Shown here piece after piece: positions 36,719-48,760 of a stretch of 64,000 bases of DNA (position 1 is the first letter of the stretch; each line of letters opens with the position of its first letter). The notes beneath the pieces were generated by a model, which was given only the letters and a program-made list of their open reading frames with translations, ran no database searches and was not told the origin of the DNA. The DNA is taken from the NCBI GenBank assembly GCA_002104905.1, contig MCFE01000067.1, positions 124,335 through 188,334 on the forward strand, in the 5' to 3' direction. The position numbers were made by a program, and so were the translations under genes. This DNA comes from Basidiobolus meristosporus CBS 931.73. Lineage: Eukaryota; Fungi; Basidiobolomycota.

Positions 36719-37096
36719 ATGCAGTTCATTCTTTCTTTGTTGGCTGTGTCTTGTGCCATCTTGGCCACCATGGGTGCTCCCTTGCCACTTAACGCTATGG
36801 TGGATATCCATACCGGGCCCGCTGGCGCCCTGACACCCAGCAGCCCGCAACCAGGTGCAGGTACTGTAGGATGTGATGATATCCAAGCAAAGGTCAACGC
36901 ACTTGGCCTTGACATCAAAGCGGTGGTGTGCCTGGGTGCCAAAGACTCATTGCCTGCTGAGGCGACTGCCCCACCAGCCAACCCACCCGCAGGTTGCCCA
37001 GATGTGGATGCCAAGATCAGGGCGCTAGGACTCAACATCCGAGCAGTTGTCTGCCTTCGAGATGGGATTCAGGTGTTTGCCGATGTAACGAACTAA
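36719..37096 (+). CDS. Small secreted two-repeat Cys protein, copy 5 (125 aa, diverged 5' half)
   Basis: MQFILSLL..., linker GPAGALTPSSPQPGAGTV; 3' half nearly identical to the other copies. Confidence 0.9.
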   Translation: MQFILSLLAVSCAILATMGAPLPLNAMVDIHTGPAGALTPSSPQPGAGTVGCDDIQAKVNALGLDIKAVVCLGAKDSLPAEATAPPANPPAGCPDVDAKIRALGLNIRAVVCLRDGIQVFADVTN

Positions 37097-37473
37097 TACT
37101 CGGACCATTAATCATACATACTCATCATTGCTTGATAATAAGAATACCATGACTAGAGGCAATACAATATCAGAATAAATAATATATTGCCATATAATTC
37201 AAATACATAATTGTTTAATCATGCCGTAAAGGTACTTCTCGAATGTAAGTTGGGACTGTTCAGCTCTTGCAGAAGGACAATCCAATATTCATCAACGTGT
37301 GCGTAGCCCGTCATGTTTAAAATTAATCCTGCTATGATATTATAGCAGCAAGAAACCGTTTTATGCACTGCCTGGTGCAATATTATCGGTCTGATGTGAA
37401 AGAGTGATTACTGTATTATACTACCTAATGATGGATGAAAAAAAATTCCTCACCGAAATCTTCATGCATCCAA

Positions 37474-37545
37474 GGCTCAATGGTCTAGTAGTATGATTCC
37501 TCGTTCGGGTCGAGGAGGTCCCGGGTTCAATTCCCGGTTGAGCCC
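37474..37545 (+). tRNA. tRNA-Pro(CGG), copy 4
   Basis: Identical 72-mer; T-run downstream. Confidence 0.97.
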
Positions 37546-38115
37546 TTACTTTTACCTATCCATACACACTTCAATATCGTTATTCACACCCATATAGTAC
37601 CAGTATACTATTGGGACAACACATAGTATATCACTAGCACAATATATTACCTGCTTGACGGTTGGGTCAGTAAAATTTCAAATGCCAGTTTAGCTCATAG
37701 AAGCCATGTAGCATAGTTGAATATTAAAAATAAAAGACTAATATGATTTCAGGTAAGATAAACGACTTCGACCACATGCAGACTAATATCAGGTCAAACT
37801 TCTGTTTGATGATGAATTAGCACATACTGAAGTCGGATTCATGTACGGATCAAGACCGAAAATGCAGGTGTGCACATTATATCGTATTTAAAAAACGATA
37901 TTTTTATTTTAATGGTGCCCTTATAAGGTGGGGTTTGAAAGAAGCAGGGATGGATGGCTATGGGATGTAAGGATATGAGCATACTAATGGGCAATAGTGA
38001 GATAAAGCGATCTCAGACAGGATGAGTGCAGGATTGCTACTGCCAACTATAAGTAGACTGACGCTTGCTACCAGATCTTCACTTACTATCATTTCAAGCT
38101 ATTTCACTACTCATC

Positions 38116-38490
38116 ATGAAGTTCATTCTTTCCTTGTTGGCTGTGTCCTGTGCAATCCTATCCACCATGGGTGCCCCATTGCCACTCGATGCTATGGTGG
38201 ATGTCCATACCGGACCCGCAAGCCCTTCTTTAGCCAGTCCACCATCAGGCACAGGTACTGGAGGATGCGATGATATCCAAGCAAAGGTCAACGCACTTGG
38301 CCTTAACATCAAAGCAGTGGTGTGTCTGGGTGCCAAAGACTCATTGCCTGCTGAGGCGACTGCCCCACCAGCCAACCCACCCGCAGGTTGCCCAGATGTG
38401 GATGCCAAGATCAGGGCGCTAGGACTCAACATCCGAGCAGTTGTCTGCCTTCGAGATGGGATCCAGGTGTTTGCCGATGTAACGAACTAA
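38116..38490 (+). CDS. Small secreted two-repeat Cys protein, copy 6
   Basis: As copy 1. Confidence 0.9.
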   Translation: MKFILSLLAVSCAILSTMGAPLPLDAMVDVHTGPASPSLASPPSGTGTGGCDDIQAKVNALGLNIKAVVCLGAKDSLPAEATAPPANPPAGCPDVDAKIRALGLNIRAVVCLRDGIQVFADVTN

Positions 38491-39420
38491 TACTTGAACC
38501 ATTGATCATTCATACTCATCATTGCTCAATAATATGGAATACCGTGACTAGAGGCAATACAACACCAGAATAAACATTGACATATCATCCAATAACAGCA
38601 TAGTATAAATATAATAGATTATATTAGAATACTACAGTAGCAAGTAGCGGTTTGATAGATAAGGATTTAGCGAATACTCAAGTACATACATTCGGCTTCT
38701 TCGCCGTGAATTGCCACGAAATATAAGCTATAATGGTCGCTTCTTTGCTCAATATAACGCAAGTCATATTTAAGCCTCCTTCCCCAAGATTCGTAGCTGA
38801 AATATAGTACAAGAAATCTTTTGTATGTATCGTACTACTGTGAACAAATTTCTAATAGACGGGCTTTAGCTAGAGTAAACCGATTCTTAGTGGGCTGCTT
38901 TATTATGGTAAATGATACTTTGTTAATGGCTCCTCATCCTGGTCCTAAATCCAATTCTCGGTTATTTTAGTTGGACTATGAAGAAAAAGATCAAATTCCC
39001 TGCATTCAATACATGAAAATTTAGGAGGAAGAGAATAGAAGGTAAGATTGCTATACTATTATCGGTATAAATCGAGGGTAAATATATATATATAGTGTAT
39101 ATAGGAGACTGAATTCACCATCATACATAGCACATTTACTGAAAATGATACATAGGTATATCAAAGCTGGAAATATGCAGATAGCCAGTAGGATCATCAA
39201 GACGATTTGATAGCAATAATACCCATAACCTTAAACAGTGAAAGGAGGCAGGAGTGAATACCTAAGAGATGTAAGGATCCGAATATATTGCTGGGTACTA
39301 TAGAGAGGCTAAAATATTTCAAGCAGGATGCGTGCTGGGTAGGAAAACTGACTATAAGTAGTCTGCTAGTTTTCACAATGTGCCTAACGATCATCCTCTC
39401 ATACAGCTACTCCATTCATC

Positions 39421-39780
39421 ATGCAGTTTATTCTATCTTTGTTGGTCGTGTCCTGTGCTATCTTGACCACTATGGGCGCCCCACTACCACTTAATGCTGT
39501 GGTAGATATCCACACCGGAACGGCTGTACCCTCAGCTCCCACCGGTGCTCAAGGATGTAGTGATATCCAAGCAAAGGTCAACGCACTTGGCCTTAACATC
39601 AAAGCAGTGGTGTGTCTTGGAGCCAAAGACCCATTGCCTGCTGAGGTAACTGCCCCACCAGCCAACCCACCTCCAGGTTGCCCAGATGTGGATGCAGAGG
39701 TCAGGGCACTAGGACTCAACATCCGAGCAGTCGCTTGCCTTCGAGATGGGATTCATGTGTTTGCCGATATAACGAACTAA
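39421..39780 (+). CDS. Small secreted two-repeat Cys protein, copy 7 (119 aa, most diverged intact copy)
   Basis: Shorter linker GTAVPSAPTGAQ; both repeats retained; second repeat ends AVACL. Confidence 0.88.
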   Translation: MQFILSLLVVSCAILTTMGAPLPLNAVVDIHTGTAVPSAPTGAQGCSDIQAKVNALGLNIKAVVCLGAKDPLPAEVTAPPANPPPGCPDVDAEVRALGLNIRAVACLRDGIHVFADITN

Positions 39781-40180
39781 TATCTAGGTCATTAATTATT
39801 TTTATGGGATTATATACATGCGTCTAATACCTTAATACCAATAAATACGTATGTCACGCCAATTATCTTTAGTCACAATTTCCAGAATATGGTAGCAATG
39901 TAAGTAAGATGGCAAGGGACTGATACTGTATTGTGATTTCGGAATATAATTTTTGCCGCACTTTTTGGAAAGTTGGCCCATAAATAATGAATTTGTACAC
40001 ATTACAATGATGATACTACTCCCAATAGTTGGAAACTAACTCTCTTTAATCTCACTATTCGAGAATTTTGGTTGGGACTGCAGCAGAGGAAGTGGGTGTA
40101 TACATATAGATGTACAATATTCTGATCAGCATCAAGCAGCCTAGAATGCTGTGAATTTTCAAACTAATTCATTAATCATC

Positions 40181-40558
40181 ATGAAGCTCATTTTATCCTT
40201 GTTGACTGTATCTTGTGCTATATTGACCACCATGGATGCTCCATTGCTACTCAATGACATGATGGATATTACACGAGGGCCATAAGTCCCTCTTCTCTAG
40301 CCAACCTACCATCAAGCATAGATGCTGAAAGATGCGATGATATCTAAACGCAGGCCAACAAACTTAGTCTAGGTATCAAAGCAGTTGTGTATTTGAATGC
40401 CAAAAGACCCAATACCAGCTGAGGCGACTACCCCACCAGCTAACTTACCCCCAGGTTGCCCAGATGTGAATGCCAAGGCCAGGGCATTATGACACAACAT
40501 CCGAGCAGTTGCCTGCCTTCGAGATGGGATTCAAGTGTTTACTGATGTAACGAACTAA
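40181..40558 (+). pseudogene. Dead copy 8 of the small secreted protein
   Basis: ATGAAGCTCATTTTATCC...GATGTAACGAACTAA aligns to the family. A frameshift gives MKLILSLL...DITRGP*; further in-frame stops (ATC TAA, TTA TGA); no recognisable family promoter upstream. Confidence 0.88.
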
Positions 40559-42807
40559 TACTTAGACCACGGATCATTTATACCTATCATTGCTCAATAA
40601 TATGAAATAGCGTGCTTAGAGAAAGCTATTGCCATAATAAATGATCCATTGTCATATCGTCTAAATACAATCTCGCTTGGTTATGCTGTAAAGGTACCTC
40701 TCAAATGTAAAGCAGGGTAGTTCAGCACTTACAAATTGATATCCAGACAATCAAGCATGAATGAGTTGCTCATCATGTCAATAATATATTCTGTGTTGAT
40801 GTTGTGGTGGCACAAAACTATTTCTTGTGCAGCATGAAGCAACATGATCAGCCAGTTTGAAGAAAGTGCTTCAGTGACCACTGTATTGTGTTGCATCTTG
40901 ATATATGTATCAATTCCATCACAGTATTAGTGCGCCTGAGGTAACAGTCTGGCAGCGCAAGAGTTGGAATTATGGATGTTGCTGGAGCTATTTGGAACCT
41001 TGAAGTGCGTCAGGGCCACAGAATAGTATATGGCTTTATTCTTAGTAATGCTGCTAGGAATTGTACCTATAATGATATGACAAAGATCAGCTTAAAGTCT
41101 GAAGCTTGGCATCTGAATAACTCGTATTGCTGATGCACAAGTACAAATTCATAGCTAAGTAGGTAACTGTAGCAGCCAAGGTGTACAGAAAGCAAGCAAA
41201 CATATAGCTCATGTATAGCGGAGATGAGAAATGGGAGGCCATATAAAGTAGATTCTAAGTCAATAATCTCTGGCGCAGCCTTTGAATTGATCTGTCCTCC
41301 AAACAGGTCTCCTACAATGGGCATATACCTTAGAGTAATAGATCCTTGGCTAGAACTATAGTTAGTGGTCAAAGCCTGCAGCAAGCTCAATTCTAGTGAG
41401 CAAGCTACTTTGATGAGTCTCATGAATCATTAGTCAATAGATATCAAAAGTTAAATATGATCAACCTGAGCCTGTCATATGGTATAGGTAGGTTCGCTAA
41501 AGTTTTTGCCAAATGGAAATACGTGCTTTTACCAAGTAATAGACAGTAGATGTATTTGAGGAAGGATTTAATCTACATGCTCAACATTGACTAAATGAAC
41601 CAGAATAGCTTCGCAATATTACCAAATACCAACCAAAAATCAGGTAGGTGGTCTGTAAAACAGTTACCAAGCAAGGCAACCAATAAGGAGTGCTTTTAGG
41701 AAGAAAAGCCATGGGATTTAGGCGGTGGTTACTCTGGAGCGGAGTTCTATTCCACTCACCAAGTTGGATAAACATTTGGATCTCTCGGGTAGCAGAGATG
41801 TATCTGGTTCACTAGTGCAGGAAAAATGATCTTTGAAAGGCTTTTCAGATGGACTCATTTCCTAACTGGATAACCAATCTCATAGCCTGATCTATATCTC
41901 CGATCACTATTTTGTTTGTGGCTCACCAATCCTGACCAGGCTGCCCAATTAAGCTATTAAGGCTTCGCCCAAAATAGCATATTTTCTCAGCGTAGATTGC
42001 AGCTAGCTGGTTCAAAGTCTCTTCCACTGATGGCAACTCCACTAGTCTATATTTTAAGCCCCATAACAACGCAGATATACTATTATGTAATCCACCAAAA
42101 ATGACAAATCACAACATACTATTCAAGGGAGCATCAGTTTATCCATATGTTATACTTTAACATCATCGAAGTCATGTTTCAATTTGTCGCTCCTTATGGC
42201 ACTGCTTAATCCATTATCCGACACATATGCGGCAAATAGTCTTTGAATGGATTGGTACTAGAGCCATAGAATGTCGGTATTGTTCAACCTTATGGGAAAA
42301 GTAAGCCTGGTTTCAACCTTCTTAAAGCCACCTTTCTATTATCTTAGTCCAGCAGGATTTACATTTCGGAGGATATTCGGAGATTTCAGGTAAGTAATGT
42401 CCGCCAAGGTATGGGTACTTTTTGTTTATATTCAAGAGTCATGAGCATTAATTTCCTGTTCTGCAACACACTCGACTCTCAATTTTTATCATATGAACAA
42501 ACCCTAGTAAACAAATAGGTTTATCCGAATCCAATATTTTAAGCCACTGAACTCCTTCCAAGCCTAATTCTATTAGGAGGCCATTTACCGGGATGGTTTC
42601 TCCAAACTAAAAGCTAAGCCAAATTAGGCAATCATCATCGGAAATATACCAAGGTAATCGGCATCACAACTATACTCCACAATCGGTGGACAAGATCCTC
42701 CAGAAGAACATCATCAACATATTCCAGAATCAAGTAAACATTAGATTTATTGACAAACGCATTCTACAAATGTACTGAGCAATCACTCTTATATGCAAGG
42801 TGGGCTT

Positions 42808-44220
42808 CTATGCCTGTGCAATGGATTCGGGTTTGACCTTAGGATCCTCCTCATCTTCGTTACAGGTCTCCTTGACATTTCTAGCAAGAATCAACGTGAA
42901 TGGGAAACTGATCACCAAGAGACTCCAAGCAACAATGAATTCAGCAATGTAAGGGGCTTTCACTGCGTCGATTCTCCAAGCAATAGCAGCACCAGCAGAC
43001 TGGATACCCTTGTAGTAGCCGCTGTAACGACCCAGCTGACTGGAATCATTGGTCATAGTACCCATAATCCAATAGGCATAAGATTGAGTAGCTGCATCAA
43101 GTAACCCGTAGCAACAGTAAAGGAACCACCGGGGCCAGAAAAATGAGCGGTCACGAATGAAGTCGTATTTTTGGTACATGCCATCATGGTGTAAAGAGTA
43201 GCGGCTGTATTGGGCTTGCATACCCAAACCGCCACCCCAAATAATCATGATACAGGCCCAAACACCACATAAGCCATAGATGGCTCTAGTACGACGGCTA
43301 AGGCCCTTGTAATCAAGGAAGGAACCAATGATCATGGCACCAATCATCTGGAAGAACCAATAAAAGGCATTATTGAATGAGTTGGAACGATTGTCAAACA
43401 ATGCAGAATTGACATCGTTAAACTGATAAGTGTAAAACCAATTGGAGGCGATGGAAACTGGAGTCAAGAGAAGCATGTTCTTATCCATGAAGAGGAGCAA
43501 GATTGCCTTGGCCTCTGTGAAGGCATTCTGAAACTTTTCCACTTGCACACGAGAGCCATCATTACGAACGATTTTTTCAGGCGGCAGGAGTAATATGCCC
43601 ATAGCAGCACCGCAGCACATAATGCACAGGAAGGCAACATATGTAGAGTAACTAGCACCACCTCCAGTGTTATGGTAGTCAAGGCCAAAAGGAATCCAGG
43701 CGCCCATAACGCCTCCCATATTGAAGATGACCCAGAAGACAGCCACACATTTTCCTTTGTCTGCTTCATTCGGATAGGACATCATGATAACACCTTGCGC
43801 AGTCCAAAGAATACCTGCTCCAATGCCAAGAATAGCCGAGGTGGTGATGACGAATGCTTCAGCGTTTGGAGTATTGTAAATCACGCCGTCGATTTTATAA
43901 GCAGTTTTCCGAACATACAGCAGAGAGCCAGTATAAAGAGCATAGGTGACTCCACCACCCAATAGACAACTACGGATACCAAAATAATTGTAGAAAGCGC
44001 CACCAAAGACACCAAAGACGGCAAAGGTACAGTAAAGAGCCACGTTTCCATTGGTTGCGGTATTACCTGCTTGCTGACCACCGGCACCCATACCGTTGAT
44101 ACAGTTGAACATGCCAGGGCAACAGAAGCAGACAAAACCAATCAGAACCACTTGGGTCATAGGACTATTGTAGCGAAATTTGCCAATTCGGATCTTTGAC
44201 AGATCGTAATTAAGCGCCAT
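42808..44220 (-). CDS. UNC-93-like MFS transporter (NOPE1/Ngt1-related family), intronless
   Basis: 470 aa with many hydrophobic segments; YNSPMTQVVLIGFVCFCCPGMFN...GGGQ-like N-terminus, GAGILWTAQGVIMMSYP, GYYKGIQSAGAAIAW. Confidence 0.88.
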   Translation of the reverse strand: MALNYDLSKIRIGKFRYNSPMTQVVLIGFVCFCCPGMFNCINGMGAGGQQAGNTATNGNVALYCTFAVFGVFGGAFYNYFGIRSCLLGGGVTYALYTGSLLYVRKTAYKIDGVIYNTPNAEAFVITTSAILGIGAGILWTAQGVIMMSYPNEADKGKCVAVFWVIFNMGGVMGAWIPFGLDYHNTGGGASYSTYVAFLCIMCCGAAMGILLLPPEKIVRNDGSRVQVEKFQNAFTEAKAILLLFMDKNMLLLTPVSIASNWFYTYQFNDVNSALFDNRSNSFNNAFYWFFQMIGAMIIGSFLDYKGLSRRTRAIYGLCGVWACIMIIWGGGLGMQAQYSRYSLHHDGMYQKYDFIRDRSFFWPRWFLYCCYGLLDAATQSYAYWIMGTMTNDSSQLGRYSGYYKGIQSAGAAIAWRIDAVKAPYIAEFIVAWSLLVISFPFTLILARNVKETCNEDEEDPKVKPESIAQA

Positions 44221-45243
44221 GGTAATTTGCGAGTTGGATGAAATGATAATGTGATGGGGCTATAACATACAAAATGCTCCTATTTATACTCATCTGTTGA
44301 GACTAGCTTCTGGCTTTTGTGGCGATGGCTGATGACTGATGGCTTTTTCCCACCAGAACTAGACGTACAGCTTTTCCAAAAAGGACTAGACGTACATATC
44401 CCCGCGCTCCATTCCCAAATCTATCTGAAATTCCCAGATCTGGGGTTGAATGTGTATTTTTGGCATTTCCCGTGTGAGATTATCTGGGAGTGCTGCTTCA
44501 AGAAATTTCTTCCCGTTTTGGCTTAAAGTAAGATTCTTCCTTTGATGCTGTTAAGTAAGCCACTTCGGGCCTGGCCATTTTAAGCTAATTTTCAAATCCC
44601 GCAAATCAAAACTACCAGCAAACTAAAGTCGTTTCTATCATGATGTTGATTTCATTTGCATGAACCCTAAATATAAAGAAAGTGCAAATCATGATGCCAA
44701 TACTGCTATGCATTATTTCGTGCTTTTCAAGAAATCTGCGTCAAGTCCATGATTTAAATCATGCATATTTTGTACTACTAAAGGTATATTTGTAACAATC
44801 ATACAGACTGCTAATAATCATCTCAACACATGCTAGTAAGTATATAGTGAGTTTATTGTTAGCTTGAAGCTCAGTATTTTATAAGAACCTAGTTTTACTT
44901 AACTGCCAAAATGGACTTTTGCATGTTGGCACATTGAGTTGATATTAACATCATTCAGTGAACATTGTACAAGAAGTGGTACAAATGTCTTGAGAAAGGT
45001 TCGTACTATCATAAGTAGAAGCTGGCTCTTTTGGACATGCTTGAAGTATCAGATAACATTATATATTCCAATCTAATGTGCAATAGAATACTAGTCATAA
45101 ATATATGAATAATGAAATGTAGCGCAAAATAGCCTCAAAGGTTTTCCTATTTGAAGAAAATAACATATAGATTTGGGAGTGTTTGCAAGTACTTGCCTAC
45201 CATCAGATGTTGCAATGGCCATATTGCAAATACTCAGCGGAAA

Positions 45244-45579
45244 TGTTGTAAGAGTTTTGGCAGTGTTAGAAGTGACTGAGAGAACAAGTCGGTTATGTGG
45301 TTTTCACTTAATGATTTCTTCAATGTCATAGTGGTATCTATACTCTCACATGATCTTGACCAAAAAACACAGTATATGCTTAAAAAGGTCCCAAGAACAT
45401 GTGTGCAAGGTTTGGGACTGTTTGGACAGCTTTGAGAAATTTCATGTTCTTGGTACCTGATGTTTTGGTGAAAATGTTCTTAGTAAATCCCAACAAGGAA
45501 TTTTGTTAGAATTCTCTAGACTATTATCTAACTGACTAAGCTAGGTGAGCGTTAAGGTGCAATCATGAAACTTACAACA
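45244..45579 (-). mobile_element. Solo LTR of the copia family seen at 3060-3391
   Basis: Perfect 9-bp terminal inverted repeats TGTTGTAAG...CTTACAACA; internal similarity to 3060-3391; flanks GGAAA/AGAAG give no clean TSD. Confidence 0.85.
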
Positions 45580-46454
45580 AGAAGTTGCTAACTGTTACAT
45601 TAGCCAACAATTGCAACCTGCAGCAAGTAAGCTCCTAATCAGAATGGATACTCTTTGAAAGATACTCAGGCATTCAGGGTATATGTTAAGTACTAGAAGT
45701 AACCAGAATACCACAAGGCTCCATTCCTAGGTAGAAACTAATAACTATGAGTATCTTTACCTCAGTATTGATAAAATAGCAGCTGCTAGGATGATTGCAA
45801 TATTCACATTGTTGATTTCAAATGTCACTTGCCATGTCTGTATTTGCATTTCTGATTGCAATCTGGTAGCATTAACATTTCACAAATTGCACTACAAAAT
45901 GACTATGCTGTGTGTGCTGCTCCAAAAGTCCAAGTATAAGCTATAAAATGCACACAGTCAATACAAACAAATCCAATCAGCACAAGAATGCAACTTGCAT
46001 CATCTGTGCAAATTTAAATGGACAGTGCTATAGTCCATATGAGAAATCTCAAAGCTGGAATATGTTGGATCTTTAGCTGGAATTCTAGCAATATTCTGAT
46101 GGTATTTTGCTGCTATTCTGCCAGTGTTTCTGCATCAAATTTTGAAATGCAATTTTTGGTGAAAGTAATGAGCAGCTGATTACCAAATTTTGTAGGAATG
46201 CTGCTCAGTCTAGTCTCACTTGGAAAAGATGTCTGCTTGTCTGCTGTAAAGCTAGTACCTGAGATGCTGAAAGTTGTCACCATTGGATAATGTGGAGTTC
46301 AGCTGTTATAGAAATATTATTATGCAGGCCAATTCCAACTTTTTTACTTCAGAAGTACTGGTGTGTTGAGCTTGCACTGCTCTCCTATTCATATTATTGA
46401 AAGTAGAGTAATACAATCTGCTATATTTTCTGTACTACTGGAAGTAGGTGGTCT

Positions 46455-46800
46455 TATAAGAGCTTTGGAGATATTGGAAGTGATTGAGTAAATAATTGGA
46501 TTATGTGGTATTGATCCAATGCTTGAATGAGTACAAGATAGTATCTATACTTGTATATGGTAGTAGCCAGAAAAAGAAAACCTATTATGCTTATCAAGGT
46601 CCCAAGTGCATATGTCCAAAGCTTGGGTTGTTTAGATCATTGATCAAAATTTCATGTTGTGCGTACATGCTGCTTGAGTGAAAATATTCAGAGTAAGTCT
46701 CAGCAAGGAATTAGGAACAAGTTCTTAAAGACTTGTGGACTATGCTCAAGGAGATTAAGCTGGATAAATGTTGAGTTGTAGTTACTAAATTTGCAACATA
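46455..46800 (-). mobile_element. Degraded LTR of the same copia family
   Basis: TAAGAGCTTTGGAGATATTGGAAGTGATTG...GGTCCCAAG...TTGCAACA matches the LTR consensus with many substitutions. Confidence 0.65.
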
Positions 46801-47426
46801 TAGTGCATTTGTTCTCATAAATAGTGCAGGTTCCTTCTGGTAGTGTTGCCCTTGCTAACACACTTTAAAAATAGTGACACCTTCCCACAAATGCTATAGC
46901 ACAATAGTAATATCACCAGAATACTGTAGTGCTTGCCACTAAGGATACTAACAGAGAAACAGGGCTCAGCTCTTGGGGGTAGAAGACACAAAGCACTGCG
47001 TTATTATTCTCATCCTCTATCAGTTTATACTGCACACTATATTTTCAAGACATACAGGTGTTAATGCTACCTGACCTAATATGAGAATGACTAATGGTTA
47101 GTTCAGTGGTAGGTCTCAAATAATGATGGTTTAAGAATGTTGATGACCTAACCATTACAAGTGTTATTGTTGGGGCCTGAGATCCAGTTAGCATTAACAA
47201 CAAGTCTAGTACCCTCCATTGCACTACCTTGCTAAGCCTGGACCAATGGTAAAGAATACTTAAAAGGCCTGAGGTGGGAGAAGAAAGGCAGAGTGAGTTA
47301 TTGGTATTAATTTCCAGACATAGCTTGGACCCTATCTTCACCCAACCCCCCTAACTCCCTTTGAAAAAATCACTCTTAATATCCTTTCTCTATTTGGGCA
47401 AAAAGTTAAAACACAAGAGAGAGATA

Positions 47427-47490
47427 AGGACATTAGCCTAATGGATAAGGCATCAGACTTTGGATTGTGGGTTTGAGTCCCATGCGCCTC
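47427..47490 (+). pseudogene. Degenerate tRNA (Arg-like) relic
   Basis: TAGCCTAATGGATAAGGC D-arm and GTGGGTTTGAGTCCCAT T-arm (GTTCGA mutated). The 3' half of the anticodon arm is missing and the acceptor stem does not pair. Confidence 0.5.
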
Positions 47491-48180
47491 AATTGTGCAT
47501 CTCGAGTATATTTTGGGCGAAAACATACCTAGCCTGACTATTGGGAAAATCTTCTTTGCCGATTTGCATCATGCCTGAAAAACAAACGATAGAGACATAA
47601 CCTCCACTAAGTATGAGCCAAGTTGTATTGATAAAGCTACCTTCTACTGCCATACTTGTCACATGTATGCTCACACTGATCTACCCACCACGTGTTAGCA
47701 GACTGTGTAGATATTACTCTTGCTCCATAAATGAATGCTATGCACTGGATCAATACCTTTAACAACAGTGCCTCATGGCGGATCCATCAGGTTGATCGAT
47801 CTCACGATTGACAGTTTCGGGGACACATGATGGATATGATTTAAAATGGTCGGAAATCTGGTGTCATGGAATGGTCTAAACTGTGCCCGCATTTGTAGTA
47901 CCAATATTAAGGCGCTACTGTGTACATTGATACACAGAAGGTATATTTGCCAGTATGGTTGAGCAAGGATGGAGGAAATTCCAATGTTTAGTAGAATCAA
48001 CGAGATTATATTTACCGCGAAAAACACTCTCTTATCACGATGCAAGTTTGGTTGCACAGATTCCCCAGCTTTCTTTGCTTAGTTTGCATGGTGTGATGAA
48101 TGGGAGTGGCAGATTGCCTTTGACTTGTAAGACCAGGGAAATAAATGATTACGCAACCAAATTTTAGCTAGAGCATCAAT

Positions 48181-48244
48181 AAACCCTGACAACAAACCTG
48201 TATGCTCACTGTAAACCCTGACAGCAAACTTGTATGCTCACTGT
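48181..48244. repeat. 32-bp tandem duplication
   Basis: AAACCCTGACAACAAACCTGTATGCTCACTGT twice, 2 mismatches. Confidence 0.9.
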
Positions 48245-48760
48245 AACTGGCTGCCTTTTGTCCCACCTTACTGCATTCAGATTCTAACACGATCTAGATG
48301 AATCTATTTTGAATGCAACCGGTTTTTCCAGCGTAGCATTTGATTTGGTAATCCGTGCTCTTTACGGAGCTTAGAGCAGTATCTGGTATCAATCTAAGTA
48401 ATAAAGCGGAATACAGAGAATATAATAGAGTTCTACTCCTTTGAACTTGCTTATGTGAGTGGAATTCTGAAGCGATTAATTCCATCCACTCTATTCTTCT
48501 TCGGGCAAGGCTTGTGCCACATGTTCATTGGCGACTCGCATCGGTGTTGACCTATGTAGTGCTATCGTTACGCTACCCAAATAAAATATCACCTCCCATA
48601 AACTTCCAATAGGCGCATTATGTTCACAGGCTGCTGTCAGGTACGATGAAGGACGAATTGTCATACTTTCCTCTTCGATCATCACCTAACGCCATCCGCT
48701 ATATAACATCTGATATTTCCTTGATACTCTCTCAGGTTTCTTGGGTAACCGGCCTTCATC

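Noticed and set aside
31580-37545. Idea that the tRNA-Pro(CGG) copies supply translation of the Pro-rich secreted proteins
   Set aside because: In copy 1 the Pro codons are CCA/CCC/CCT with no CCG, and CCG is rare in the other copies, so this isoacceptor would barely be used.
30863-40558. CRISPR-like or SINE-like reading of the repeat array
   Set aside because: Units are kb-scale gene duplications, and the tRNAs are perfect cloverleafs with their own terminators rather than SINE heads.
40800-42700. Protein-like minus-strand frames interrupted by stops (e.g. RLVELPSVEETLNQLAAIY near 41900-42050)
   Set aside because: Possibly a decayed gene, but I cannot assign a family; needs tblastx.
45600-46450. 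Possible decayed coding fragment on the minus strand between LTR relics
   Set aside because: Many stops and no recognisable motif.
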